From contig JAYWIR010000023.1 of assembly GCA_036172245.1 (NCBI GenBank), forward strand, positions 1,178,001-1,242,000: 64,000 nucleotides of DNA. The letters are read 5' to 3'. The notes beneath the pieces are model-generated. The model was given only the letters and a program-made list of their open reading frames with translations. It was not told where the DNA came from and did not search any database. The position numbers were made by a program, and so were the translations under genes. The DNA is from Raillietiella orientalis. Lineage: Eukaryota. Positions 36,563 to 49,300 of the stretch are shown here, one piece after another. The stretch's first letter is position 1. Each line of letters opens with the position of its first letter.

Positions 36563-38210
36563 CCGTGCGCCGAGAAGGACGGCTGCAACAACGAGAGCAA
36601 CGGCGGTGCTAGAGTGCATCGTGCGGTGATGCCCCCCGTCCCTGCAGAAGTCCCCTTCCCTCCTTCGCCGACCCGGAGAGGGGGAACTTCTCTCGACTCG
36701 GACCCCTCGGCAGGCCAGGAGCCACCGATTGGAGAAGCTTCCGCCTCTCCGGAGAGGAAACCATGCGCGAGTAGCGGGGGGTCCCAGCTGCCGGAAACGC
36801 CACCTCCGGGGTCTCAAGAGGACGACCTCGCGCCCGACCCAGGGAGCACCAACAGGCTGACAGGCGGATGTGCGCGCCCCGAGGACGATCTCGTGTTCGG
36901 CAGTTTGGCCTCCAGCTGATCCTCTTCCCCGGCTCTATCCATGCAGCGTTCACTCACTCATAAGTGGCGTGCGTGCATCCCGTTACCTGGAGTGAGGAGG
37001 CACACGCACGCGTGTGATCTCCAAATGTTTTCAGAGGCCCACGATACCCTCCCTCTACGTTTCCGATCGAACACGTCCGAGTGTACAGTCACAACCGGTT
37101 GCAGATCCGGATGCTGCTGCCCACTCCTCTGCACAGCTGAAGCGACCTCATTAAGAAAGATGGTGCTGCACTTCGGCTGGATACTAGGGAGGAGGAAGAG
37201 AGAGGGACTTAGGGTACAGACGAGAAGCCTGGCCTGTCAGGAGTCCCTACAGGGTGCGACTGCGACCCCGGGGACTCCACCCCAACCGACACACCTAAAA
37301 CTCCCTCTTCAAGGATCTCCAATGTCTTCAGGAAGAGCGAGAGAAGCCTATTAGAGTGTGTCCTCTTTGAGACTTCGCTCTACCCCGAATGCCTGAGTGA
37401 GGCCTCGGCGTTTCCTCGAGCAGCTGGCGGCCTGGAGAAGTCAATGCGGTCGTTTTGACTGTGGTCCACGTGGCTGGGTAGGTAACGCCTTTTCTCTCAT
37501 CTGCACTTTATCCACGCTTCCCCATGTCGACCAATGTCGACGAGGTTCCTGCACTTCCGGTTCCCATCCGCCTAAATTTTGCCCCCGGTTCCTGTCTTTT
37601 ACTTTCCGAACTCTGCCTGATCTCCATCCGGACTGCAGATCAAACCTTTCCTTTCCTCATTGCAAGGGGAAGGTGATGTTGTGGAAGCCGAATTGAAGCA
37701 GGAGAAGCTTCTGCTTCTCTACCAGGAGAACCCGAAGGGACCCACTTTCGATTCCCGGCTGGTGAACGGGGGCGTATCCGGTCGCTGGTGAAAGCGTCCT
37801 TCCAACGCTCATGCAAAGCCTGAGCCATCTCAGCACCATCTTGCGGAGGGACTCATAACCCGCGCCACATCCAACTCGGCCGCGATCCTTGCGGAGATGT
37901 TTGAGCCAGCAACGCTAGGTGCCGCGCGCGGATTCCGTGATGGCCACAAGGCCGGCACTGAGGGCAAAAACTTGTCAAAGGCCAGTGCGGGGAGCACTCC
38001 ACATCGACTAAGGAATGTGTTTCTTCGAGTACAGTGCCGGGTATTCGAGCTTTCTGGTCTGGTGTTCGAGCAGCAGAGCCAAGAATCTTCGCCGCTGTTT
38101 TTGCAAAGTGTTGGAAATTTCACTCCACAGTGGTAGCTGTGATGCTTCTTCCAAGGGACGAAACAGAAGCCATGTCCACGACGTATCTGAACGACACACA
38201 CGCACACACA

Positions 38211-38530
38211 AAGCGACTGGTGTGGGACGGCCACGTGAAACGGAGAAACGAAGACCGTCGCACGGGAGTCGGTGGGATCACGAGGTCACGGGAAGGAATC
38301 TTTGATCTTTCACGCGATGTGTGTACTCCACCCTTTGGACCCACTTGCTGGAAAACGGCAAACTGCTTTCAGAGGGCGCGACATCTACAGCGATTCCCGC
38401 CGAAGTGCTTGGCGCCATTCAGCAAGATGGTGCTGCGCACGGCCGCGAAGATGCACAACGAGCTGCTGCTACCGACCGACCTACCGTCACCGACCACGGA
38501 CGTCGACAAGCTGCTCCCTCTGAAGAGGCT
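38211..38530 (+). mobile_element. Decayed RTE-like non-LTR retrotransposon fragments
   Basis: KRLVWDGHVKRRNEDR (38211-38258) resembles the RTE C-terminal RLxWxGHVxRxxEDR motif. HLQRFPPKCL...KMHNELLLPTDLPS resembles LxxFxxRCLRxI...NxEVL...LPS. The two pieces are out of normal order. Confidence 0.35.
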
Positions 38531-40455
38531 CTCGCAGGCTTTTCTCCGGCGGGTCTTCTCCGGAGTTCCCCTGCATTTCGCTCGACCGGTGCCCTCGTTC
38601 GATCGTCGCCTCCGACGGCGATCGAAAGAGGCGAAGGGGAGCAATAGGGGTGCTCTACACCATCTCGGGTTCTTTGCTTGAGGCACGAGAAGTTTCCTCC
38701 TATCACCTCTTGTTCATCTCACGTTCCGACCCTTCAGTCTGGAGCCACGTTCCGACGGAGAGAGCTTCGATTCCTTGCCTAGAGGAAATGTTCCGAGGGA
38801 AGCTGACTGTCCTACTCTGTGTCTCGCAAGCAGGGGAAGATGGGCGATGATCCGGGATCCTCTCACTTGTAGCGCGTCCCATTTTCATCAATGCTCCCGC
38901 TGCCTCCCGCAGCTCCAAGGGAGGAACCGCTCAGCGACCTCAGGAAAGAAAGCCAGGGAACAAACCGAGAAGGAAGAAGGCAGGAAAAGGCCAGCTGCGC
39001 TCTCCAATTCCTGCATTCAACGGCGAATCGGCGCGATCGGGAAGGAAGGGGGACCTAGGGGGTGCGGTTGCCACTTCCACGACGCCTCTCTGCGAAAAAA
39101 AACGGAAGGTGCGCGCGGTCCAGTGTGAGAAGATGGAAGGAACCCTGTCCTCCTTAGGTGGGAGAAGGGAGGCAGAAAATTCCCTTCATCTCCCCAGGTG
39201 GTTCCCTCTGAGGCCGCAGCACAAGTTGGATGTATCGAAATGCGTCGAATCTGGCATTAAAAAAAAAAGAAAAGGGAGGAGACAAGTAAAGGAGCGATAG
39301 GATTCTTTCTTCTCTACCCGCTCGGCTAACAGATTCAACCTCTTCCTCCCTCCTCTCCGGGTCAATACTCCTAGGACCTCCCTCAGAGATGCAACTGCAG
39401 CCTTCCTCTTCGGCATAGTGAGTGCTCCTCGGTGTCCTTCTGGCCGCGTTCGGAGTTCGACGACTCTGAGGAAACCACGTGCTCCTCCTCCAGCTCTGTC
39501 GTTCGTTTGATCGATCTTTCCCTGGTCAGTGGGGATCCTGGCTTTCCCTTTCCTTTCTGAGAAGTTTCAGAGGTGTTGCTTTCTTGGCAGGCTGCGTGCC
39601 TCCTCTGTCCGCCTGATCACGGAATCCTTTGCTTGAAGAGACTTCGGAGGTATCTGGATGTCCATCCCTACTTCCTCCCACGAGGAACCTGAGAAGGCGG
39701 GACATTCGTTTTCGGAGGCCTCAGCAAACTCTTCTTGCGTCCCTCCTCCTCCCCCCCTTTAAAGGAGGTGGAAGGGAATGCTGGAGTGTAACCTCCTCGC
39801 CATCGTCCAAGAGCGACTACCTAATCACACCAAGTGCCGAACGATCTCGAGGCGGAAAGATGAGCGCAGCATCATCCGTCCAGGTTCCCGAGCAGTCAGT
39901 CTCCTTCGATCCCACTTCTTACTGAGGGACAAAGTCGGTGACCGTTTCTCGAAATTCCGAACCGCCGCTCGAAGCCGAACGGGACAGCTGGAAGCCTGTT
40001 TTTGCAGGGGTCAATTTTCCCGTCTCGAGCAGAGATCTTTCCCGTTCCGGAAGGTATTTGCGCCGGTGATCACCAAGGAAAGGACACTGCTCAAGTTTCT
40101 CCGAGGGACCAGTTCTTTCAGGAGATGTGCGGATCCTCTTCGGTCCGGAAGCAGTTCCGTTTACGATTGCAGACACGGAACCGCCTGCACATCTTCACCC
40201 CTCACAGCCTTGAGATTGAGAAAATCTCACACAGAGAAGGGAGGTGATGACCACACTGCCCGAAACATTCCAGCGTGTGGTTCCAGCGAAACATTTCAGA
40301 AACTTTTTCTTCAGCCTAACTGACCCAGAGGAAAATCTGCATGGATAGGAAGAAGCTGGGATCAGTAGGAAGCATTTCCTGCGCAGTTTCCGAAAATGTT
40401 CCCGCATCTCAGTTAATGCAAGTAACGCAATGGCGTCCCCCTCCCGCATCAAACA

Positions 40456-41385
40456 CGAGGCGCATCTCAAAAGTAAACGACGATCCGATATAAGGGAAGA
40501 ACAAATAAGAGAAACAGAAATGTATTGGTGGTTCGAAACGCATACATCCCCATTTCATTTTTCTACGTAGTCATCATTTTTTTCCAAACACTTTTGACAC
40601 CGTGGAAGAAGCTTTTTGAAACTCTTCTGAATGAAGTTCCTCCGGCTGGGAGTTCAGCCAGTCCAGCAGCACTGCGCTTTTCCACTCGTCCCTTTCCCCC
40701 TCGGGTCGTCGAGCCACTTCTGGAGGTGCAGCAAGACGTGGTAGTCACTGGGCAGGACACTGTAAGGTGGGTGATCCAAAAGTTCCCATTTGAATTGTCT
40801 GGAATGTCTGGAACGTGAAGACAGCATGTGTTGCCAAGGAGTGCGTTGTCGTGAAGGAGAAGAACACTTCCTGATCTCAGCATTTCACGCCTTCGGCTCT
40901 GAATGGCACGCTGCAGTTTGGAAAGTGTTTCACATCAGACTTGCAAAGTGGTTGTTGGTCCAGTCTCCAGTCTCATAAATTCCACCAGAAGCACACCATT
41001 CCGGTCCCGCACACTGTTGTCCGCACGTTCCAGACATTCCAGACAATTCAAATGGGAACTTTTGGATCACCCACCTTACAGTGTCCTGCCCAGTGACTAC
41101 CACGTCTTGCTGCACCTCCAGAAGTGGCTCGACGACCCGAGGGGGAAAGGGACGAGTGGAAAAGCGCAGTGCTGCTGGACTGGCTGAACTCCCAGCCGGA
41201 GGAACTTCATTCAGAAGAGTTTCAAAAAGCTTCTTCCACGGTGTCAAAAGTGTTTGGAAAAAAATGATGACTACGTAGAAAAATGAAATGGGGATGTATG
41301 CGTTTCGAACCACCAATACATTTCTGTTTCTCTTATTTGTTCTTCCCTTATTTCCGATCGTCGTTTACTTTTGAGATGCGCCTCG
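40456..41385. mobile_element. Non-autonomous mariner derivative made of two inverted 3' ends (930 bp, 362-bp arms)
   Basis: Arms 40456-40817 and 41024-41385 are near-perfect reverse complements (2 mismatches seen near the ends). Termini CGAGGCGCATCTCAAAAGTAA...TTACTTTTGAGATGCGCCTCG, with TA on the right and CA on the left. Transposase remnants: ETLSKLQRAIQSRRREMLRSGSVLLLHDNA (spacer, minus strand) and FKWELLDHPPYSVLPSDYHVLLHLQKWL (both arms), cf. mariner HDNA and HPPYSPDLAPSDY. Confidence 0.93.
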
Positions 41386-42549
41386 TACTAGCATGATGCC
41401 ACCGGCCTGGAGATGTCAGGTTCTCAGGTCTTCAAACGACGCTTGCCATTTCATTCGTGTGCAGGAGATCGATTGCTGCGAAACGCAGCGTTCGGTTTCA
41501 TTTACGCTAATGTATCTTCTACGAATCACTTAGCCCGTTGCATTAATGAAGAAATTTTACTTAAGAAACGATCCCAAGAAAGAGGCATTGGTGGAATAAC
41601 GGTTGCAATCAAACGGAACCCTGAAACAGATGCGAAGCTGCAATTTTACTCCCAAGGACATTCAAATCAGAATCCCCTACCCTCCACAAAAAAAAGAGGA
41701 AAAAAAGTTGACTGCACCTGTACGCTCATAAACGAATCTCTTGGAAGACTGAGAATTTGTTCCGCGATGGGTTTGTAGGTAGATGCGTTGCCTGCAAACC
41801 CATTCTAGAACACCGCCTCCTGTAGGTGTTCACCATATTTAGAACCGATCGATCTGGTAAAGCCTAAACTTCTGTCCCATGGGCAAACAGCCTAGTGCGA
41901 GTCTTGATCTTCTGGGAGCAGAGAAATAATAAAGGAAAATTCTTTCAGAGCTTTTCGGAAGGGCATAAGACGTAAACTAAATCTCTCGTCAACTTTGGCT
42001 GTTTATAATCGTTTCGAGTCATAAGTGGTTTAAAAACTTAAAAGTGATTTTCTCTTGAAGGAAAATGATGAAAGCACTGAATTCGGTCCAATCGCAGTGT
42101 TCTTGAGAGCTAAGAGGATTCCAAGACCAGCAGCAATCAAAGTCACCTTCATTATTTGTGTTATCGAGGAGTTTCGCAAGAAGTCTTTTCGTCATTATTA
42201 TTAGAATCGTCGAATTTCTACCAAAAAGAAAAATCTCAAGCCTCGATGAACTGTTTTAGATATGGTTGAATTTACCCCCTTACACCAGAGGAACACTGGG
42301 GTGAAGAAGAAGCCGTAAGCAAAGATGCCGATAACGGGTACGCGCTCATACGGGAAGCATAGACGGCAGCTCAGCCTCAGTTTGTAAGAACAGAGGTTTG
42401 GCAAGATGATGGAAAAGGAAAAAAAAATGTAACCCCTTCGAATGAAACGAATTCAAAGCAGCAGCGTCTCCGTCATGCGGTATTTGAATACAAGCACGGA
42501 ACACAGTCATGTAAACGAACAGAAATGTTTGCACTCTTGTATCTCTGGA

Positions 42550-42607
42550 GTATGTTATGGTATATATATATATATATATACACCATAACATACCTATATA
42601 TATATAT
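42550..42607. repeat. (TA)n arrays with a flanking inverted repeat
   Basis: GTATGTTATGG-(TA)10-CA-CCATAACATAC (42550-42593), followed by a second short TA run. Confidence 0.85.
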
Positions 42608-42628
42608 CTAGGACGCGGAAAACACCGG

Positions 42629-42958
42629 TCAGATCCTGGAATCTACGTCGTCGGGGGGGGGACAGGCTGGTAGTTGCAGCCTGAAGCGCGGAAAGCCACC
42701 TCTCCACGACGGACTTCGAGTTGGAGCTCAGGGTCAGGTGCCTGATATTGCTGCAGACCAAGTGGATCGCGGACCGCTCCTCCGATTCGTGCAGGAAGAC
42801 CTTGCAGTGTTCCAGTGGCAGGGAGCCCATGGGCAGGACGTCCTCGCAGGCCTCGAACCACTCCAGAAAGCCGTCTCGCAGGGAGAACCACACGCGCCTC
42901 TAGGCGCTGTGGTTACGAAGCAGCAGGTGCCCGTTCATTTGCTGACTGGTCCTTCCTC
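42629..42958 (-). pseudogene. Isolated PH-domain exon (resembles the C-terminal PH domain of FGD/FARP-type RhoGEFs) with an in-frame stop
   Basis: QMNGHLLLRNHSA*RRVWFSLRDGFLEWFEACEDVLPMGSLPLEHCKV...AIHLVCSNIRHLTLSSNSKSVVERWLSALQAAT is a full PH-fold pattern with GC3-rich codons. TAG at 42902-42900 sits where Trp is normally found (WxRxWF). No partner exons were found in the window. Confidence 0.75.
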
Positions 42959-42986
42959 TGCCACATTCCCCCACCGCCAAGGCAGG

Positions 42987-42988
<2 letters not shown>

Positions 42989-43047
<59 letters not shown>
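42989..43047. repeat. (TA)~29 microsatellite
   Basis: Perfect TA run, read directly. Confidence 0.97.
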
Positions 43048-43049
<2 letters not shown>

Positions 43050-44379
43050 CATGCAGTGAAACGGGGCATATAAAACTAAGATGCACGCATATTCCACTTG
43101 ACTCCCATAAACGTCCACAAACTGAAACTTTGCGCCCGACACTTTTCCGAGATGAAGGGGAACAAGTGACAAAAATCTCTGTTGCTTAGCGATCGAGTGG
43201 TTTCGTGATCAAGTGGTAATGCAAATGCGAATCCCGGAAACAGCTGATCATCTGGAGAGCACGACGGAGGTCGCCGGATCAAGAAAGTATTCGGAACTTA
43301 AATTAAGACCGTGAAGCTATCGGCTATTGACGCGTTCGTCGAAACGATTTCGACTGGCTGTTAAGAGCTCCAAAAACTCCACGAGGGAGCCATCCTTCCT
43401 CGTGGTGAGAGGAATCCTTGTTGAGCCAAGAGTATTGCCATTCGATGAAGTTGCCGTGTTCTGCAAAACGCGGATTCAACGTGTTTCGAGGCTCCAAGAA
43501 CGACGTGGAGTGCTGCTGAAGAAGTGAGCTCTGGTAATTTTCCAATGCCCAGTTCTCCAATGGCGGTTCCCTGTTTGGAAAAAAAAGTGGTGGCCGGAAT
43601 TGACCCCAGGCGATCAGACACACACGCACGCGCACGCATGAGCACTTGAGTTTTGAAACCGTTCCGGAAACCCATCCCTAAGCTTTTTGCATACACGAAG
43701 TACTTGAAAAATTTATAAGTAGATGCAATCGGACCCACGAACAGGAGTGCTCAGGAGTGCTGTTCAAAGAAAGGACGACGTCCCGAGTATGTATTAGACA
43801 TGCCGTAGACTTCCTTAATATCGTGTAGGATGGTAGTGGTGGAGAAGAAAAAGCGTCCGCCAATGCAGCTTCTTGAAGGACCAAGGCAAAGCCTTGCTGT
43901 GAGCACTTTCCTTCAGGACCGGGAACTCCGCTTTCCTTCTCCGGAAGAGACGAGGAGCAAAACTGAGTTCCACAGCCTCCACTACCTCATTTCGGGAGGG
44001 AGCGGCCGCGGATCACCGCAACTCGGTTGCAGGGCAGCTGACAGCAAAAGATCAGGCACTTCAGAGTTCTGGAGGTTGGTTTCTGTGGGGTTCGACACAA
44101 AGGCCCCTCGTGCGCTATACACGTCTCCTCAGAGTGCGCAAACGCTGTCGCCTAGGTACGCGCGTAGCAACGGGAGTGGCAGCTTTCCAGTGGTGGCTTT
44201 TCCGACGTCTCCCTTAATTTCCACGTTCAGCACCTAGAGGCGAGTGGAGAATCTGTGGCGAAGACAATGCAGCCTCCCTCAACATTCTCTGAGTCTAAAA
44301 CCGGGTCGTGCACACAGTTTCAGAAAACCACTGGAGCGTCTCTAAGCTGCACCGGAGGACTCACTGGCTGCCTCGGAGC

Positions 44380-46330
44380 AGATGAAGGTCCTGATGGGGA
44401 CCTTTAGACCCGGTTTGGATAATCGCCGACGGGAATCCGTGTGCGGCCGATTAATGGGGGCGCCGTGCGCATTTGCAAGCGATTTCGTCCTCCGTGTCCA
44501 GAGGCCAAGCAAAGTAGGACAGTCCCTTAAAGTCCGTAACGGTCTGGAGGAGGCGGCAAGCATGCGGCATAGAAACTCGGATGCAACCTTCGCCTCCGCT
44601 TCCTGGGAGCACGGGCTTCATGAGTGGGGCTCTCCCAAGACCGAAGCTCAGCACTGAGGTCGACATCCCTTCCCTCAAAAAAGCCGTTCGAAACGGCACC
44701 TGCGAGATTGAAACTCATGCAAGCAGCATGAGTGGGGAAGAGGGGGGAAGGGGGAGGAGGAGGATTCGCGACGGTTGCAGTTCGACGTCTTCCCGGGTCC
44801 TCCCCGTCAGTTTGGCAAGCCGATAGTTTGTCTTCTCCTCAGAGAGTTTGCACTGGATCCGCCTGCGGTGCTCTCAGGATTGCATCAAAAGCCAGCAAGT
44901 CCGACCCTTTCCCGCTCCGCTCGCACTGCCCTCCATCTAAAAGGCAGTCTGGGCAGGATCCGAAGAGAGAAGGGGCCATCGAACTGAGCAGCCGGAAGAG
45001 AAGGGGAGGAATCTTCGCCTGCGGTGACCGATTGCTGAAACGCCCCAGGATCGCCGTCTGGAAGTATCAGCGGCCGGGTCGATGGCTTCGGTGCGCGCGC
45101 ACCCCACCTTCCCAATGAGACGGGCTGCTGCGAGGCGAAGTGGGGCATCCCGCTTTCTCCTCCCCCTCTCTCGAAACGGCGTCGGGGAAACGAAGTGATT
45201 AAACGCCCGTGCCGTCTCTCCAGGGGCCGCGCTATGATCCACCAATCCGAGAGCCGCGGAGTCGAGGATGCATGGAGGAGGATACCCCTGTGCGTCCTCC
45301 TGTGCCGCAGTGGTCCTCGGACGACACCGTGAGACTCCCAGATACGCCCGCGAGAGGCTGGGACGGACCGCATGCGCTCGTGCGCGCTGCCGAGAGTCCC
45401 GACAGACCTCTCGCAGGCGAGGAGTGACTGCGGCGCGGATCGCGTCAGTCCCTGGAATCAGCTCGGGATCTTCGAAAGAAGGCACGCTCCATGGTAACGG
45501 TGGGGAGGTCGTGCAGAGCACCTGCTGCCCCCGGTATGGGGAGTTCGGTGCGGCAATGGGCCCCCTGAGATGCCCGGAACACTCGGCTCTGTTTTGGCTC
45601 CCGAGGTCAGGACTGACCAAGCTCGGAACACGACTCAGGGAGTCTCGCGAGTGGCCTCGACAGTCATCTCGGTCTCCGCTTCTTCTTCCGCTCACCTTTC
45701 TACCTGGTCCAACTCAATCGTCCGCTGCCGACGGACTCTGGCGTCGTTTCTACGGACGAACGCCTACTCTGTGGTGGCGCCAGAAGGTCAGTGCTCCACC
45801 TCTGCACAGGTGCACGGTCACAAGAGGCAGGTTTCCCTCAGGGCTCGATGCTCTGGCTGCTGCATCCGACAGACGATCAGGGTTCGGTGCGGTTCCTCAG
45901 ATTCCCTGCAGTCAGATGAGTGAGGGAATAGCGAAACGCTACGCGGCGTTGCCAGGGAGGCAAGACTCGCCCCACTCCCGACTCTCGAGTCGAGTGACGA
46001 CGGAACGATGTTCCGCAGGCTTCATAAGCAAGATGGGAGCCGCTTGCAGCCATGCGCGCCAAGTGTGCCCATCGTTACCATGGAATGCTCCGTCGGCTCG
46101 TGCAGCCTGTCCCGATCTCTCGCTATCTGTCGAGGAGCCCCGCGGCGGTCTGGGGAACGTCGTGGTCGCATCGGGGCATCCTACTCCATGCATCCGCGTC
46201 CTTCCGCTCCTGAGCGCCAGGTCACCCTTTCCCCTCCCAGGAATCGCGGACCGAGGTAAAGGATTTTTTATGAGCTAGGAGTGGGGAGTCCCACACATGG
46301 GATGTTGGCTTCCAGGGTGAACGTCGGATC
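44380..46330 (+). mobile_element. Decayed R2/NeSL-like (restriction-like endonuclease) non-LTR retrotransposon
   Basis: CAFASDFVL (~44466-44492; cf. RT motif AFADDLVL), followed by GLHEWGSPK (cf. GLxLNxxK). About 1.5 kb later, AKRYAALPGR...RCSAGF...HARQVCP (cf. KLRxNxLPTR...CRAGC...HILQxCP zinc knuckle). Order and spacing fit, but all motifs are degenerate. Confidence 0.4.
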
Positions 46331-49300
46331 ACCGCGGTGCTCCTGCAGCGCTCTCCGGCCGTGATCTGGCTGCCCCTCCTTTGGGCAGCAGAAGGATCGG
46401 CCTGGTCTCTCCCTGCCGAAAGGATGCTTTTGGAGAGATGCGGCGCTAAGGCACACAGGGAGCAACGGATGCCGAAACGGGACTTCCGGTCACGGAGCGG
46501 CCGTTTCCTGCCTTCGAAGGTTTGCATCGGTCGTGTGAGGCAGGGTTTCGTCGGGGAATTCCTGCCGCTCCCAAGGACCAACAGCAGCAACTCTTGACCT
46601 CCCCCTTTGAGGAGGTGCCATCAGTCTTCGGGCCACCATCCGCGGCGATGCGGCCCTCGTTTCGAAAGTGCGCGCCACACCGGGCACGTGCCCGCGCGTC
46701 CTGACCCGCCGCTCGCTCCATCTCCGGAAAGGCAGAGCATCACCCGGAAGAGGAAGGTTATGGGAGTAGGGAGAAGTGATGGAAGAAGGGCTCTTTCATG
46801 CGTCCTTGCACTGTTCACGCGATGGTCTCTTCCCCCTGGTACTAGGCGAACGGAAGCTAAAAAGCGCCCGGGGGATGCTGCCAAACCGCCTTCGCAAAGC
46901 CCTGGACTGAATCGGCATCCCCTCTCTGAGACAGGAGTGTGCGCGCCTCCTGCACGCCCGCCAATTGCTCTTCGAGAATCCCGCAAGAGCCTCCCAGGAG
47001 CCGGTTGCCTCTCCTTCCGCGTGCACATGGACCCCAGGAGAGTAGCGTATTTATCCCGGCAACAGAACTTTAAAAAAAAAAAAAGGCGGTTCCGGAAATG
47101 GCAGCGAAGAGTGGTGCTGGAGAGAACTTCGGTTGCAGGAGCGTCCCGACGGAGTGAGAACAAAAGCGCGGGTTTTTCCAGGAAGGACCCGCTTGCTTGC
47201 CTCTGACTGGATTGCCGAGGAACCGTCTCCGGGACGTCTTCTAGCGACTGCTCACCCCCAGAGAAGCTTGGCTTTTGCGATTTCGGAACGGCGTCGTCCC
47301 CTGCATCAGAAGGAAGACAGGAATCTCGGTGGAAACGTCTCTGTAGAGAGGGGTGGTGGAGGACGGGGTCACCGGCAGCCGCCAGTCCGTTGCAAGAGGA
47401 TCCCAATGCTTGGCGAGGCAACGGAGCGGTGGTGGTGGTGGTCTGTGCGACCGGCCGCTCACGAAGTGGGAAGTTTCACCGCCATAGTCAAAAACACGAT
47501 GGCTTCAAGCCAGCTGGGTTCACGGCCCATTCACGAACAGACTCTCCGATTCCCCCCTTCCCCATCCTATCCTCACCTTCGGCCTCCTGACTTTTGCTCC
47601 CTCTGGTCCCGTCCTGTTCCTTTATTGATTGAATGAAGGGGTTACATGGAATGAAGGGACCGGGATCTTAAAGATCTTCACCGCCTCCTTGTTCCGCCCA
47701 CCTTCTGCGTCTGAGATCGTGGAATTGTCTCCGAAAATCCTCAGTCCGCATCCGCATTGGTTGGTACCAGTTCTTCCTGCGCGTCGTTGTCCCGAGCGAC
47801 TTCATCGAGAGGATTCCCAGTCTGCAGATCCAGAACATGCCGCGGCCATATCGGATGTTCCGGGCAACCACAAGGGCAACTCATTTTTGTCGAGGCATAC
47901 CTGCGGGATATCCGATGCTCGCACAATCATTTCGGGTTACCCTGGTCTCAGCATCGACAAATATCGGATTCATACTCTGACTTAGATCAGCAGTCAACCC
48001 TAATTCCAGCATATCATTTCCTCCCCATCCTCCCTCTTCTTCGATTCCTCTGCGTAGCAAAATACTTCCTCTACCGAGAAGCTGCATTGCTCATCTGTTT
48101 CAACTCCTATTTTTTCTCCTTCTTCCCCCATCAGAATTCCGAAATCAGCAGCAGTACCATCCCACTGCTAACTACTACGCAAAGCGAACAACCCATCACG
48201 GACACCCCCGATCATCGCATCGGGGTGGCAGAAACCAATCCCCCTGTTCTTCATCTCTCCATCAACATCCGTCACCGTCACCGTCCCAGCAACTGGACGG
48301 CCAGGTGAAGAGCAGGAGTAGCGGCACTGAAGTCGTGTCGCCCGTTCTGCAGATGGAAAGCACTTACTCAGCTGGAAGCCTAACGAAGTTGCAGGGATTG
48401 AAAGGGAACCCTAAAAGAACGCCTCTCGAAACTGCTGCCTCCGAGAGGCGGCAGCATCTTCCGGAGGGAGCCCTCTCATGCTTTGCACGTGCCTTCGAGA
48501 AAGAAGCGCGGTGCGAAGTCTTTGGCGATTCTCCGAGAGGAGCTTGGGGATGGGCATCAGGCGCCTTGCAGAGGGTAGCAAGCCATCCGAGTAGGATTGA
48601 TGGGAGTTTGAGCTGGACCAAGTGATATGCTCCTTTTCATCAGGCCGCAGCGAGGCGATTTTTCTTTCTCACGATGCTGCTCGCATCCTGCTGCCCTTTT
48701 CGCGGTATCCGGGACCGTGATATTGATGGAACTTGTGGATGATGGATGTGAGAGCTGTGAGAGAGATCCAGACCTGGAGCCTGGAGTCAATCCCACTTTC
48801 CGATAAAGGTGTTACAAGGTTTCGGAGTGCTTGACGAGGGCACAATCCAAAAGGGATGGAAAGATGGGTACGCGCGAGAAGTCAGCGATGGCCTGGACCA
48901 AGGTGCAACGAATGTTCGCATCACCATCGCAACCCGAAGACGCAAGGAAAGCAAACGTGGTTTCTCCCTTGGAGGTAAAAATGGGCAGTCTTTCCGCTGG
49001 AGCTCCTTTTGAGTTTTGTTAAAAATTCCAGCTCGTTCCGAAACCGCTCAAAGTAATGCGGTGGAAGATCATTCCAAGATGCGAAAAATTTTCGTTTCCG
49101 CATCCCCATTTTAAACGGCAATGACGTGATGGATGCGCGCGCGTTTACCGATTCACAAAACGCGCATACACAGAGCATCCGTGAGGACCGCTCAACAGAT
49201 TTTCGGGAGGATCAAAGAAAAATGTCTCCGAGGGAGCTCGCTATTGCTCTCTCGAGTGGCACCCTGTTGGAACCTGTCCAAACTTGAGGCCGCCCCCCCT

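Noticed and set aside
42608..42988. Helitron capture of the PH exon (CTAG near one end)
   Set aside because: The CTAG is followed by A rather than T, there is no 5' TC, and there is no clear subterminal hairpin.
42738..43189. ORFs with YIYIYI runs
   Set aside because: Translations of the (TA)n microsatellite.
46621..47421. 266-aa ORF and the many overlapping Arg/Ser/Pro/Gly-rich ORFs from 25 to 64 kb (e.g. 58419-59183, 62392-63039)
   Set aside because: Expected by chance in GC-rich DNA; open on several frames at once, run through homopolymers, no domain motifs.
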